A stretch of 64,000 bases of DNA, taken from contig MU053472.1 in assembly GCA_013239625.1 (NCBI GenBank), forward strand, positions 1,116,001-1,180,000, read 5' to 3'. This stretch comes from Lama guanicoe. Lineage: Eukaryota. The translations under genes and the position numbers were made by a program. The notes beneath the pieces are model-generated. The model ran no database searches and was not told the DNA's origin. It worked only from the letters and a program-made list of their open reading frames with translations. How positions within the stretch are numbered: position 1 is the first letter of the stretch; the number at the start of each line of letters is the position of its first letter. This document shows positions 1-12,586 of the stretch, piece after piece.

Positions 1-1384
1 TTGTCTAGTGCGTTAAAATTTTTAAATCACGTTCTTAGCTCACCTCTTAGCTCACTTGGCTTTTTCAGCAGCCCTATGGGTGTGGAGATTACTCCCATGT
101 TATGCTGGAGAACACTAGAGCCCTGCCTGTGGCCAGCAGTACTAAGTTGTACAGAGAGTGTTCGTGCTGGATGTAGGGATTCCGACTTGCTGCCTTCCCC
201 TCCCTCCTCTTGGGACCCAGTGCTGACCCAGGCGAGCCAGGCCCCGGGCCTCAGTCATCCCCACTATGGGCTCCCTTCTCCCATTTGTCTTTGGCTCCCC
301 ACTCACCACCTCCCCTGCAGACCAGCAGGAGGGGATCTATAGGATGGGCTGGCAGCAGAGACAGGGACGCCACTGCAGGGAAATGGCAGTGCAGTGCAAA
401 GTAACCCCCACCTCCATATGGGGGCTTCTCAGGCAGTAGGGGGTGACCACAGCCAGTACAGTCACCACCAGCCAAGAGCTTGGCCAGAGGGACAGCACAT
501 GGGACAGCCCAGGGCAAGTGGACAGCACTAGGAGTCCAGACAGGAGTGCTGACTTGGGGGTGGCATGAGTCTCCGCCCCAGCCACACTGCCCATCGGGCA
601 TGGCAGTCTTCTGAGGTGGGTTGTGGCCTGAAAGGCAACAGCATGTGGACATACCCTTTCTGGGACAAGACAGGGTTGGTAGGAGAGACCCTGGCTCTGC
701 CAGTACCGGGTCCAAAGGTTTCCAAGTTGCTGGACCCAGGGTTTCCCTATTCTACAGGCCCTGGGAGCTCATCCATGTGGATCATTGAGTGCTAAGGCAA
801 GGGAGCACCCGGAGCACCCACTGTACAGAGACCAAGACCAAAGAGCCTCCCCTAGGCTGGGCCTGAACACCCAGTGGTGCTGAGAAAGGGCCTAAGGGAG
901 CAGAGCCAAGCCCCCACCAGTTACACAGAGGTAGACCCTGTTCCGCAAAGGACAGGAGCGGCGTTCCCACACAGTCTGCTCCTGGAGCTAGGGAGGCAGA
1001 GGGACAGACTGGGTGACATGGAGGCCCCCCTGGCTGCGCCAGGAGGGATCTGAAGGCAGACTGCCCGGTTTCTCAAACCGCCTTTCTCCTTTACCAAGTG
1101 TGTGGCCTCAGGCTTGTGATGTAACGTCTCCCCCGTCTGGTCTCTATTAGGGGCATCATCACAGCACATGCCTCCTTGTTTGTTGAAAAGATTGCACGAG
1201 ATGATGCCTATAGCTTGTGTAGAATCATGCCTGGCCAAGTCGTGGAGTAAATGGGCAGTAATTGAGAGCTACCGTTACTATCCTGTTATCACGATTATAC
1301 TCAGCAGGAGACAGACCTTTCCCAGGCTGGGCTCCAGCCCTTGAGAAGGTGCCCACTTTGTGTCTTCTGCCCCCCCCCCCCCAG

Positions 1385-1475
1385 GCCCTAGCTGGACTGC
1401 TGCACCTCGGCAACATCCGGTTTGCTGGCGCTGGGGATGAGGCCCAGCCCTGCCGGCCAATGGATGATGGTGAGT
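1385..1475 (+). CDS. MYO19: MYO19 coding exon (ALAGLLHLGNIRF...MDDGE)
   Basis: Poly-C tract + CAG acceptor. Donor at 1476 (GTGAGG), with an alternative in-frame donor at 1470 (GTGAGT). Confidence 0.88.
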
Positions 1476-1923
1476 GTGAGGGCGAGGGCAGGGGGCCTGC
1501 AGCTCAGGGTTTGGGCAGACACCTGGGGAGCGAGGCAGGCCCTGCCCAGAAAAGAGCCAACATTTGGTGGGATTGGGTGGGAGGGAGGCCAGAGGGTGAA
1601 ATCTGGAATGTGCCCCTGAAGCCATCAGCTGTAGGGCCTTGCCCTCGGGAAGTTACTCCTCACCCTGTCTCTGGAAAGGCAGCATCATCCACAGACAAGA
1701 AAACGAGAGTGGGAGGATTTGTAAAGCGGTTTATCCCACAAGTGGAGGCGTGGACTGAGACACAGAAGTCCTGAGTTCAAGTCCTGCCTCTGCCGTAGGC
1801 GAGTCTCAGGCCCACCAGCACCTAGGTTCACTCTGTCCCACTGGGTGGGTCGTGGTTCCACTGATGAGTCCACAGTGCCTTGTGTGGAGGGCTGTTTGGA
1901 TGGAGAGTGTTTGTGCCTCCCAG

Positions 1924-2095
1924 GCGCTGTCAGGACATCAGCCTTGCTGCTGCGGCTCCCAGAAGACCCACTGTTGGAGACACTGCGGATTCGAACCATC
2001 AGGGCAGGCAGGCAGCAGCAGGTGTTCCGGAAGCCCTGCTCCCAGGCCGAATGTGACACCCGCAGAGACTGTCTGGCCAAACTGGTCTATGCACG
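1924..2095 (+). CDS. MYO19: MYO19 coding exon (AVRTSALLL...CDTRRDCLAKLVYAR)
   Basis: cccag acceptor, GTGAG donor, translation matches MYO19 motor. Confidence 0.95.
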
Positions 2096-3387
2096 GTGAG
2101 CACTCTGGGCCCAGCCCTTCCGGGGCTCCCCCCATCCAGAGTTAGACCAGACACCGTCAGGCAGTAGGCCAGGCCCAGGGTGAGGACTGCCAGATAGAGC
2201 AGACGGGTTTCTCTCCCTGCTCCCTGGATCCTTGGGGACAGCAGGGAGTGGCTCCTGGGCTTTCCCCGAGCAAGGCCTTCAGCCTCGATTCCAGAGTACT
2301 CTGTGGGGAAAGTTGCCACAGCCTGGTCTAGATCCAGCTCGTTATTAAAGTACAGGAGCCTGCCTTGACCTTGAGAGGTGGCCTAGCTCTCCGCTGGCAC
2401 GGCAGGCCCCAGAGGTGATGTGGGGCCCTCCCAGCTCCAGGCGCAGACCTGTGGGTGAACGGGCTTCTCTGTCTCCGTCCGCCCCTATACTCTTCGTAGT
2501 CACCTGGGGAGTTGATAGATGGTGATGGAGCCAGGAGCTTAAGCCACCGTCCTGGGCAGCACTGTGCAGCGGATGGGAGCCCAGAGCAGGTGGAAGGCAG
2601 GGGCCCTGACCCCTTCCTGGTGGTTCTGTGGGCATCTCCACCCCTGGCCATGCAGTTAAGGCTGGTTTCTTACCCCGCGTGCTGAGATCCCTCAGGGTGC
2701 CATTGAGGGTATCCAGGGCCCAGAACTCTCTGAAATGACAGGACAGAACGTGTGTATGTGTGTGTGTGTGCTTGCACGCATATGCTTATGAGAAATTGGG
2801 CACCTGGTGAGGGGGTCCCCCTACTTTCAGGAACTTCTCAAAGAGCTCAGAGCCTAAGAGGCACTGCTGAAGGAGTGGGATGCTCTGAGTTGAAAATGAC
2901 CCAGGGCAGCCGGGCCCAGACTGAACCCAGTTCGGCAAGAGACTCAGTTCCCACTCCCTTGAAGCTGATTTTAGGACAGAATTTCAGGCCAAGAATTTTT
3001 AAGGCTTTTGTGTCAAGTCACTGCAAAATTAACAGATAAAGTGTGATGATCACAGACAGAGTGAGCCTCTAATCATAGAACATTCCAACATGGCAAGCAG
3101 GTCACTGTATCACTAGGTCACTCGTTTTTAGTACCTCAAATGGGTATTTGAAGCCCCTGTTGCAAAAATAGAAGCCATTTACTGAATTGAAAAAAGTTAG
3201 AGCAATTACTTAAAGAAAAAGAAAGAAACCCCTTACATAGTGTTGTATGTTTCACCAAGTTGTACAGCAACCGTCTCATCTCAGGGACGATGGTTCCAGA
3301 GTGCAGGATACCACTGTCGACCTCGGGTGACACAGGGCCCACCTGTGCAGAACCGAGTGGAGGGATGTGGCCCGGCCTTGAGCTCCA

Positions 3388-3631
3388 GAGTCACACGAAT
3401 TTTTTGATTTCTCAGTGCATAGAAAAGTTATGTTTAACTCTACTGTAGTCCCTTAGGTGCAACAGCTTTGTGTCTAAAAGAACAACGTAGCTAATTTTAA
3501 ATAACACTGTTGGAAAAATGGTGCTGATAGACTTGCCCGACACAGGTGTGCCACAGACCTTCAATTTATTTAAAAAAATATATATATCTGGGAGGCACCA
3601 TAAAGTGAAGCACCATAAAACAAGGTGTGCT
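3388..3631. mobile_element. Internally deleted Tigger1-derived DNA transposon
   Basis: gagtcacacgaattttttg..tgcatagaaaagttatgttta and gatagacttgccc..gccacagaccttcaattt..ataaaacaaggtgtgctg match the two recalled Tigger1 ends. Confidence 0.7.
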
Positions 3632-3877
3632 GCAGTTAGTCATGTGCTCAGTCTTGCTGGGGGGCAGGCCGGATTTCTATGTGTTCAGGAACACGCACCG
3701 CCACAGCCTGCATCTGCAGTGGGTGGAGACAGGATGGGCGGGAAACCAGAGGACAGGGTTTAGCCCTTCACCTGTCAGGCTCCAAAGACAGGCCCTCCGA
3801 GATGTGACACCCCGGCTGGAAGGGCAACTGTGCCACCCCTCAGGGTCAGCCTGACCCCTCTCCCCCAACCCCTGCAG

Positions 3878-3951
3878 GCTGTTTGACTGGCTGGTGTCGG
3901 TGATCAACAGCAGCGTCTGTGCAGACCCCGCCTCCTGGACCACTTTCATAG
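3878..3951 (+). CDS. MYO19: MYO19 coding exon (LFDWLVSVINSSVCADPASWTTFI)
   Basis: ctgcag acceptor, GTAGC donor, myosin LFDWLV motif. Confidence 0.95.
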
Positions 3952-4674
3952 GTAGCAGGGGCTCACTCTCCCGGAGCCCTCCCTCAGAAAAAGGACAGGA
4001 GGGACCTGGACGGAGAGGCAGGACCCTGGGTCTGCTCCGGGCAGCTCCTTTCTCTTCTCTGCACCCATCTCCTCACCCGTCCACCGGCGTCTGGGCAAGG
4101 TCTCCGTGCCCTCCAGTGCCCACGCCTGACCGTCCGCAGCTCTCCAGGCAGACTCAGTGGTGCCCAGGACATGAGGGCCCTTCTCTCCCTGGAGGCCCAG
4201 CTCTGGTCTCAGGAGAGGAGTTGGGGGAAGGGGAGAAAGGGCTAGATTAGAGGAGGCCTGAGGGGCATGATAGCCTTGTCAGAACCTGGGTGGGATAGTC
4301 AGATGGGGGAGGACGTAAAGCTCAGAGGTTAGTGGGATTGGTGACATCTGCTCACAGAATGGTAGAATTCTAGGCACCCACTGCGTGGTGAGACCCAGGC
4401 CATCCAAACTGGGTTAAACGCAGAAAATGTCCCCTGGGACCTGGTTCCCTCACACCTCATTCAGCCTCTTCCTGCTCTGAGTTCTGAGGGGGCGCGAGGT
4501 GGAGATGGGAGCCGCCCTGGGGTGGGGTGGGGGGCTCTGCCCACTGCCGGGGTTCATGCTCCCTCACCCTCGTCCCCAGGCTGCCAGGTATGAGGCTTCA
4601 CCCTGCACGCCCATGGTTCTCCAGTCCCCGCCTCCTCCCTGCACTGGCCCCACAGGTTCTCCCCTTCCTCGCAG

Positions 4675-4796
4675 GCCTGCTGGATGTGTACGGCTTTGAG
4701 TCGTTTCCCCACAACAGCCTGGAACAGTTGTGCATCAACTACGCCAACGAGAAGCTGCAGCAGCACTTCGTGGCTCACTACCTCAGGGCTCAGCAG
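4675..4796 (+). CDS. MYO19: MYO19 coding exon ([10 protein letters not shown]...[17 protein letters not shown])
   Basis: Switch II / relay helix motifs, AG/GT boundaries. Confidence 0.97.
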
Positions 4797-4975
4797 GTGA
4801 GGGCTGGGCGGTCCTGCCTTCTGTCTCCCAGGGTCTGACCAGGGCCTTTAGCTCTTTTGATGCCGTTCTGGAACATGCTGCGGTGCTGAGGCCAGCCGAG
4901 GGATGGCCCATCTGGCCCTCAGTCCACAGCTGCCTTCTGCCACGCCCCCACCCCACCTCTGATGTCTGCCCCTAG

Positions 4976-5089
4976 GAGGAATATGCAGTCGAGGGCCTGG
5001 AGTGGTCATTTGTCAACTACCAGGACAACCAGACCTGTCTGGATCTCATCGAGGGGAGCCCCATCAGCATCTGCTCCCTCATAAATGAG
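4976..5089 (+). CDS. MYO19: MYO19 coding exon (EEYAVEGLEWSFVNYQDNQTCLDLIEG...LINE)
   Basis: cctag acceptor, GTGGG donor, myosin EEY..EG..W motif. Confidence 0.96.
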
Positions 5090-5343
5090 GTGGGGGGGTC
5101 AGCTAGTGTGCTGAGCACCGACTTGGGCTCTGGGCTTTTCTGGGACCTTGAAGACCATCCTTTGCCCTCCCTGTGCCTCTGTCTCTCCATCTGCATAATG
5201 GGTTTGCTAGCCCTATGTCCCCTCTGTCTCAGGGTCACTGTGATGCCTGTGTGACAACTCCCCTGGGGTCCACGGGGTGGGGACTGTGAGGGTCGTGAGC
5301 CCCTCTCACTTCTGTGGCTGACTGCGCATCCCGGCCCACACAG

Positions 5344-5520
5344 GAGTGCCGCCTTAATCGGCCAAGCAGCGCAGCCCAGCTCCAGACGCGCATTGAAAGC
5401 GCCCTGGCCGGCAGCCCCTGCCTGGGCCACAACAAGCTCAGCCCGGAGCCCAGCTTCGTCGTGCTGCATTACGCGGGGTCTGTGCGGTACCACACCGCGG
5501 GCCTGGTGGAGAAGAACAAG
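5344..5520 (+). CDS. MYO19: MYO19 coding exon (ECRLNRPS...HYAGSVRYHTAGLVEKNK)
   Basis: cacag acceptor, GTGAG donor, HYAG.V.Y motif. Confidence 0.96.
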
Positions 5521-5862
5521 GTGAGGGCTGTGGTGGGAGCCGGCGGGAGGCGAGCTGCTGTCATTGTTGAGCGTGTGCGGACATTTCTGTTGTGCACCCT
5601 CTCCCTCCTGAACATCCTCCAGAACCCAGGGTCAGCTCTTGGGCCCACCTGTCTGAAGTCTCTGCTATCGGGCATGACCTGCGCAGAGACGACCCGTGTC
5701 ACTCACACTGGCTTCAAGGCGTCCAGCGGACCAGCTCTGAGTCTCTCAGGCTCAAGCCCTGCCCTTCTTCTGGGGCCTGGGTGAGCCAGGCTGGCAGCCC
5801 ATGGACAGCCCGGGGTAGCACTCCACCTGTCCTCACCTGCTGTCCTTGTCCTTTTCCCGTAG

Positions 5863-6015
5863 GACCCCGTGCCCCCTGAGCTGACCAGGCTCCTGCAGCA
5901 ATCCCAGGACCCCCTGCTCAAGGTGCTATTTCCTGCCGACCCTGAAGAGAAGTCCCAGGCAGAGCCTTCTGGCCAGAGCAGGGCCCCGGTGTTGACCGTG
6001 GTGTCCAAGTTCAAG
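5863..6015 (+). CDS. MYO19: MYO19 coding exon (DPVPPELTRLLQQS...TVVSKFK)
   Basis: Pyrimidine tract + tag acceptor, GTGGG donor. Confidence 0.95.
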
Positions 6016-6463
6016 GTGGGTCCGGTGGTGCTGAGGAGACATGCTCAGCTCACTCACCCATCTCCAGTGCTTACTGAGCGCCCCCGGGATTGGTGCTGTG
6101 TGCTGGGGAGCACTGATGAGTCAAGCAGACATGGTCCCGGTCTGCACAGAGCTGATAATTCCATTTGGAAGTCAGAGGTGGGAATCTGACAGATGGACTA
6201 TGGGCATAATTGATGTGACAGGAAGCTGAGGGGCCTGTGGGTGGCCGTGGGGCCTCTCACCTCCTGCTGATAGGGTGATTGTGGAAGAGCAGTGGTTACC
6301 AGAACCTCTGTGACCTGGTCCCCTAGCTTCCTGCTCAAACTCGGTCCTCGACCAGAGCAGATTCATCACCTCCTCCCGTATCTAAAGTTTCTGCTGTCTC
6401 TCAGCCCTTGCACACTCTGCCTCCGCTGCCTGGGGTGCCCCTCACAGTCTCTGCCTCCTGCAG

Positions 6464-6571
6464 GCCTCCCTGGAGCAACTCCTGCAGGTCCTGCAGGCCA
6501 CCACGCCCCACTACATTCGCTGCATCAAGCCCAACAGCCAGGGCCGGGCGCAGGCGCTCCACCGGGAGGAG
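6464..6571 (+). CDS. MYO19: MYO19 coding exon (ASLEQLLQVL...PHYIRCIKPN...EE)
   Basis: ctgcag acceptor, GTAAT donor, PHYIRCIKPN motif. Confidence 0.96.
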
Positions 6572-7477
6572 GTAATACGCTGGGCCAGCGCTCCTTCGGG
6601 GGGCCCCAGCCAGCCAAGGCCCCAGAGGGGTGAAAGGCAGGGCATCTGCTCCGAGTGCAGTGACGTTAGGGACGGCTTATCTCCCCAGCTCTGGCAGGAC
6701 AGTCATGTCTGGTTGTGTGGTCTGTGCACTGCACAGTGGCCCAACCATAGAAGGCGAGTAGGGGCTTCAGTGCATCTTGCTCTCTGCTCACAAAGCCATG
6801 GGCCCAGACGAGGGACAGGCTGCCCAGAGGAAGGGGTATCTTCTGTGATTAGCTGAAACTGTGTCACCTTCCAGATCGGGCCCAGCATGGCAGTTTCTGA
6901 CTAGAAGTATAGTTTCTAAAATTTGCACAAATGCACTCCGTGGCCAGTAGCTGCCCTTTGCCGTGTGGAGGGATGTGGATGAGGTATGAGTGCTGGACGA
7001 TGCTGGAGAGTGTCCCACAGTTACTGGTCGATGTGGCCTTAGGGTTCATAGCCAGGGCCGCTGCTGTGTGGTAAAGACCTTGGTTAGGTCCTGGAAGAAT
7101 CTTCAGAATATAACCTCTCCTGCCCCTCAGCTGTGACTCACTTGTTGCCTGCAGAATATAAGGTAAATAAAAGTAGAAATGGGTTGGGCTGCACCGTGAG
7201 GCAAAGTCGGGAGTGGTGAGACAGCCAGGACCGGCACTCACCTCGGCTGTACTAGAAGCCAGGCTTCAGGTAAGGGGACCTGGGGCCACCAGAACCCTTT
7301 CCAGTAGCAAGATTTTCTCAAGGTCTCTTGATTTCTCACTGCCCCAAAGAGTGTCCCCCATCAGCTGAGCCTCAGGAGAGCCTGCAGTCCCATGCCAACA
7401 GGGCCGAGGGAGGAGTGGCATTTCTGGCCTGCTGGCCCCATGCTGCAGGTGCCCAGCCTGTCTCCCCACCCCTGCAG

Positions 7478-7548
7478 GTCCTGAACCAGCTGGAGGCCTG
7501 TGGCCTCGTGGAGACCATCCATATCAGTGCCGCCGGCTTCCCCATCCG
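7478..7548 (+). CDS. MYO19: MYO19 coding exon (VLNQLEACGLVETIHISAAGFPIR)
   Basis: SH2/SH1 helix motif, GTGAGT donor. Confidence 0.96.
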
Positions 7549-9177
7549 GTGAGTGGGCGGGTCCATCCAGGGCAGGGGACAGGGCCAATGCCAAGGTGGA
7601 GCTTGGGGCGCAGGTCAGACAACAGCCTGCCCAGCCCAGAGCAGGATGTGGAGATGGAGAGAGAGAGGTGGGCCCCAGAAGTGGACATAGAGCTGTAAGG
7701 CTGGACTCGCTTTCCATGCACTGTTTTATGGCAGGTAAGAGGGCAAGACTCACCTTGCTTGTTCACTCATATGTTTCTGGTGTGTATCAGTGAATAAGGA
7801 AGGTGAGTCTTGCCCTCTTGGGGTGTACATTGTGGAAACAAGAACAAGAAATATAAAGCTAATCAGAGCTGGGAAAGGAAAAATTGCCGTTAGGTAGACT
7901 AGGTCAGGGCTGGTCAGGGAGGGGCTCTACGGGGAGCGACCTGGCCTGGGAAGACCTGGGGGAGGAGAGAGCATCCAGACCCAGGGAGCAGCAACCACAA
8001 AGTTCCCAGGTTAGGACCTGAGAGATGCTGAAGTGACCGGAGCACAGCAAACTGGGAGGACGGTAGAGGGGAGCAGAAACCACACCCGCAGGGCCCGTAC
8101 GCCGCGTGAAGACCGCAGTTGTCTGAGTGCTGTGGGAGCTGCTGGACGTCATAAGAAGGGATGCTATGTGGCTGGACGTAGGGCCAGGAGAGAAGGGAGG
8201 AGATAGGTGGGAGGCTGTTACAAATGTACAGGCAAGATGGTGGCCCAGTGAAAAATGGAGAGAATTGAGTAGAATTGGAGTATGGCTTGTGATAGAAATT
8301 GGACCGTGGATTAACCGACTATGGGATACTGGGCAGGGAAGCTGTAGACTTCCAGGCTGCAGAAGGAACTTCCAGACTTTTGTCTGAGACAAGTGGATGA
8401 TTTGGGGGAGGGTCAGGTTGGAAATGGAGGCGTACGTAAGGGTCTGTCCTCCGTGATTTTTAACACCATGAGCGAGGAGGAAACCACAGGGGTAGAGGGA
8501 AGAGGTCTGTGGCCATTCCCTGAGGAATGCTCATGTTTAGAGAGAGGGTGGATGATAAGAAACCAGCAACAACTTGGAAGGAGTCAAGGTGAAGGAGGAA
8601 ACCAAGACTGTGGGTGTCCTGGAGGTTGAGAGCTTGCAAGCTCTACAAGGAAGGGGTCAGCGGGGCACCTGCTGCCCAGAGGCCAGAGCGCTGACACATG
8701 GTGTTTGCTGATGGCTGCCCTGAGAGCCACACTGGTGCCGTGTTGGGGACAGAAGCCAGACTCAGGAGGAGGAAATACAGCTGTTCAGAGAAGCTTGGCT
8801 GTGAAGGGGAGGAGAGAGGTCAGGAGGAAGCAGAGGAGGCCGTGGGGTCAGAGGGGAGTGATGGCAGATGTGCTGAGCACCTGTGCACAGTTAGGGTGAC
8901 CTGCTTGTCTGGGGAGAGGCCGGCGAGCCCCCTCGGGAGGAGGCAGGTTGCAAATCCCCTCCTGAAAGAGCAAGACTTGGCCTGGGGAGGACCAAGCCTG
9001 CAGGAGGTGCCAGCCCAGCGTAAAGTGGCCTCCACTGGCTTCTGGCCGAGTGACCCTAGTAATGTCATCCATTCAGTGGGCAGTCAGGGCAGCACATGGC
9101 TGGGGGTTGAGGAGATTAAACTCCTGACTCACAGATGAAGTCACTTCATCTCTCCTTCTGCCTGCTTTGGCTTCCAG

Positions 9178-9281
9178 GGTCTCTCACCGGACCTTCGTGG
9201 AGCGGTATGCGTCGCTGAGAAGGCTCCATCCTCGTGCACCCCCCGACCCCCACAGCCCATCTCCAGATGAAGGGCACTCAG
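9178..9281 (+). CDS. MYO19: MYO19 coding exon (VSHRTFVERYASLRR...)
   Basis: ttccag acceptor, GTGAG donor, F..RY converter motif. Confidence 0.94.
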
Positions 9282-10889
9282 GTGAGGCCGCCCATTTGCC
9301 AGTCATTTGTTCACTCAGTTTCCTGAGCACCTACCTGGGCCATCGCAGGGCGAGGGGCTGGGGCTTCAGAGATGAGTAGAACACAGCCCTGCCCTCATGG
9401 CTCTCAATTCAGTGGGGGAAGCAGACTAACAGAAGACAGTTAAACAGTGGGGAAAGTGGACAGGTGGAGTTAGGGACAGGTGCTGTGTGTAGTGCTGTAT
9501 AAATCAGCAGGAAGGCTTCCTGGAGGAGGGGTGTCTGAGGCTAGATGAGATTAGCCAGGTGAAGGGCATTCTACAGGCAGGAGACGGCTGTGTGTGAGGA
9601 GCTCCAGGCTTCAATGTCGCTGGCTCTTAAAGGCAGAGGACAGTGGGAGGTGAGGCTGGGGTAGAGGCAGGGCGCAGTCACAGAAGCTGGACTTTATTCT
9701 CTGGGCAGATGGGAGGCAGTTGCGGGTAGGAAGGGAGTGATGCCAGCATCAGTGCTTTTTGGACGCTACTGTGGGAGCCCCATGGTTGACCAGAGGAGAC
9801 AGAAGCTAGAGATGTGGGCCCAGCCAGGAAATGTTGGGAAGGGACTGGTCAGCATTTGATTAGATGGAGAGGATAGAATTGGCCACGCCCAGCCAGTGGG
9901 GAAGAGAGGTCCCGGGAGGCCACTGAGCCCTGCCGATGCTGCCGTGTACTCCGGGTCCCTGGACTCATGCAGTGGAGACGACTGCAAGCTTCAACCTCAA
10001 GGGAAAGGTCTTGTCTTCGGGGGGCTGTCGCATGTGGCGTCACTGAGGCTGAGAAGGCCCCAGGCACAGGTGGAGGGAGAAGAGGCCAAGGACAGGGTGT
10101 GGGGCCCCCACCCACCTGCCCAGCCCTATCCCGGGACCCAAACCCGGGTGGGACAGTTCTGCTTTGTTTTTCCCCCTCTCTCGGGCACTGTTTTGTCACT
10201 TTCCTTTCATCCTTTCTCCCCACCTCTCTCTCTTCCCCCATCTCCATGGTGTGCTCTCCTGTTCTGTGTCTCTTGCCCAAAGCTCCCTGGGCCCTGGTTG
10301 ATTTTGCTGTTTCTCGTCTGCGCATCTCCTTTGGCAGCCTCTGTCCCCAGAGAGGCACTGGGCAGCTAGAGGTGGTCAGAGCCCTCAGGTAAACTGTCCC
10401 TCTATAGGAGTCAGCCCTGCGAGGTGCGGGAGGGCGGGCAGGCCTCCACGGGCCTGGGATTTGTTCTTCCTCTTCCCCGTCCGTCCGTGGCGGGGAGAGC
10501 TCAGGGCCAGAGGGGGCAGCCTGACTGCTCTGTTTGCCCCTCAGCATGTTTGGGGCCTTGGAAACAGATGCTGGCTGAGCAGCCTGGGGGGACAGGCACC
10601 AAGTGCCCCACACTACCCTGCCCAAAGGGACTCACAGGAATGGAGGCTGCAGGCCGGTCCAGGGCACAGCCTCACACGGGACTCAGATGCCTCAGAACAG
10701 TCAGGGGCCCAAGGGACAAAAGGGGGCCACCTCTGGCCTCCTCCAAAAAAGGAAGGAGGTAGAAATGGTTAGAGGCAAGAACAGCAGGAAAGAAGCCTAT
10801 GGAATGTTAGGGAGACCAGACCAGTTCCTTAAGGCCACAGAAGTGTAGAGGACAGAGCGCTATTGGGACCTCTCTCTCCTGTGCCCCAG

Positions 10890-11050
10890 AAGGGTCTCCA
10901 CATGCCGAGCAGGCCACGCTGCGAGCCCTCCTCCAGGACATCCTCCACACTCTGCCCGCTCTGGAAGCAGCCGCACCAGCTGCCCCAGCGGGGGCCACGC
11001 CAGCACCGGTGCACTGTGGCAGGACCAAGGTGTTCATGACTGACGCCACG
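10890..11050 (+). CDS. MYO19: MYO19 coding exon (GSPHAEQATL...HCGRTKVFMTDAT)
   Basis: CAG acceptor (CAGAAG tandem), GTAAG donor, GRTKVF motif. Confidence 0.93.
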
Positions 11051-11172
11051 GTAAGCTGGTCTGGGATGCACAGCGGCCAGCCACGTGCTGTCCTCAGCAG
11101 GCCAGGGTCTGGGCCCTCCTCCGGGCAGGGGGAGGAGAGGCTGAGGACCTCCGTGGATGTGCCTTCCCCCAG

Positions 11173-11302
11173 CTGGAGCTTCTGGAACGCGGGCGTGCCC
11201 AGGCGCTGGAGCAGTGTGCCCGCTGCATCCAGGCGGGATGGAGGCGACACCGGCGCCGTGAGCAGGAGAGGCGGAGGCGGGCCGCCGTGTGCATCCAGGC
11301 AG
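11173..11302 (+). CDS. MYO19: MYO19 coding exon, IQ motifs (LELLERGRA...CIQAGWRRH...CIQA)
   Basis: cccag acceptor, GTAGG donor, IQxxWR motifs. Confidence 0.94.
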
Positions 11303-12093
11303 GTAGGAGAGGGTGCGGGCGCGCAGCCATCGCTCCAGGCCAGCTGCTGGGCCTCAGTCAGCACGTCAGCAACCACCCCACAGATGCCTGTTTGCTCTGA
11401 AATGCTCCTCACTGAGCCCCACGTGCCAAAGCTGCGTCCCAGCCTCAGGACGGTCCCTGCACGTCCCTGTGGTGTGCCAGGATTCAAATTCCCTGTCCTC
11501 ACCCAGAGGTGTCTCCAGTTCAGTGGTGCTCTGTAGGTAGCAGGAGCTAAAAATCTGCCTTTAATTCCCCTCTCGCAGACCTAGGTAGCTATTTCTGCTG
11601 TCTTTTTTCCCCTCCTGACAACTCGTATCAATACCTGGGCTCCCCGGGCTTGTTACGAGTTTGAGAAGGTAAAAACCGACAAGATTTGATTGAGCAAGGA
11701 ACAGACGTATGAACCACGACACAGCAAAAATACTAGAAGCAACCCAAATAGCTGACAGTGCCGGAGCCATGGCTGCATTAGGGACCATCCTTATGACCCA
11801 GCTAAGAAGTCTTTTTGAAGAATACTTTAAATTTATTGGAAAACCATTTTTCCAATATGATGTCAAACTACACACACATCAGGACAGCACCACCTTTGTA
11901 CGTTGTGTTTCGGTGTGTACAGGCATAAAAAAAAGGAAATACTGTAGAACTATCTGGGTTGGTGAGAACAGGGGACTTTTATGTCTTCAAACTTTTTAGT
12001 TTTGCAAAATCCAAATGTCCTAGTATTTAATGGAATAGCCCCTTTTCTGAATAGGACTGTACCAAAAAGAATCAGAAAATGCTGAAATTTCAA

Positions 12094-12141
12094 TTTTTTT
12101 AATTTTTTTTTATTGATTCATAATCATTTTACAATGTTGTG
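12094..12141 (-). mobile_element. 48-bp, severely 5'-truncated L1 3' end with TSD
   Basis: - strand cacaacattgtaaaatgattatgaatcaataaa + A-tail. TGAAATTTCAA duplicated at 12083-12093 and 12142-12152. Confidence 0.75.
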
Positions 12142-12586
12142 TGAAATTTCAAGAGAAGAAAATTTAAATTGCCACATTCGGTCCCCCATCCGACAGCTTT
12201 GACCTTCACTAGTGTGTGGCTATATGGTGATACCATTTGTGGATTCATAAAGCAAGCAGGCAAATTCAACTGAAGGTCTCCCCCTACAAAAAAGGAGAGG
12301 CAGACAACTCAGACCCCTCCTGTTCCCCGGGCATTGCCCCAGACTGAGCCCAAGGTGACCCCATGGCAGCTGCCCCTTCGATGCAGGGGTCTCTGAGTCT
12401 GGGCAGTCTGAGTGGTGGTTTTCAGAGCCAGGTTTGCTTAGCGTGTTGACTTTTAGTACCTGACCTTACATGGTGGCACAGGCAGCCATTCGTGCACTTT
12501 CACAGTGGTTCTGGTGTTGCTGCAGCCAGGTGACCAAGGGCTCTAACGAACGTTTTATTGTCTCCTGTTTCTGGCAAACCCCTTAG

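Noticed and set aside
7760..8830. Purine-rich intronic stretch with several ORFs
   Set aside because: Looks like degraded L2/MIR-type repeat sequence, with no splice-consistent MYO19 coding content
10886..10892. CAGAAG tandem acceptor in MYO19
   Set aside because: NAGNAG motifs are common, and the proximal CAG fits the orthologous protein
9849..11536. 258-aa, 231-aa and 175-aa ORFs
   Set aside because: Antisense or off-frame shadows of GC-rich MYO19 exons and introns
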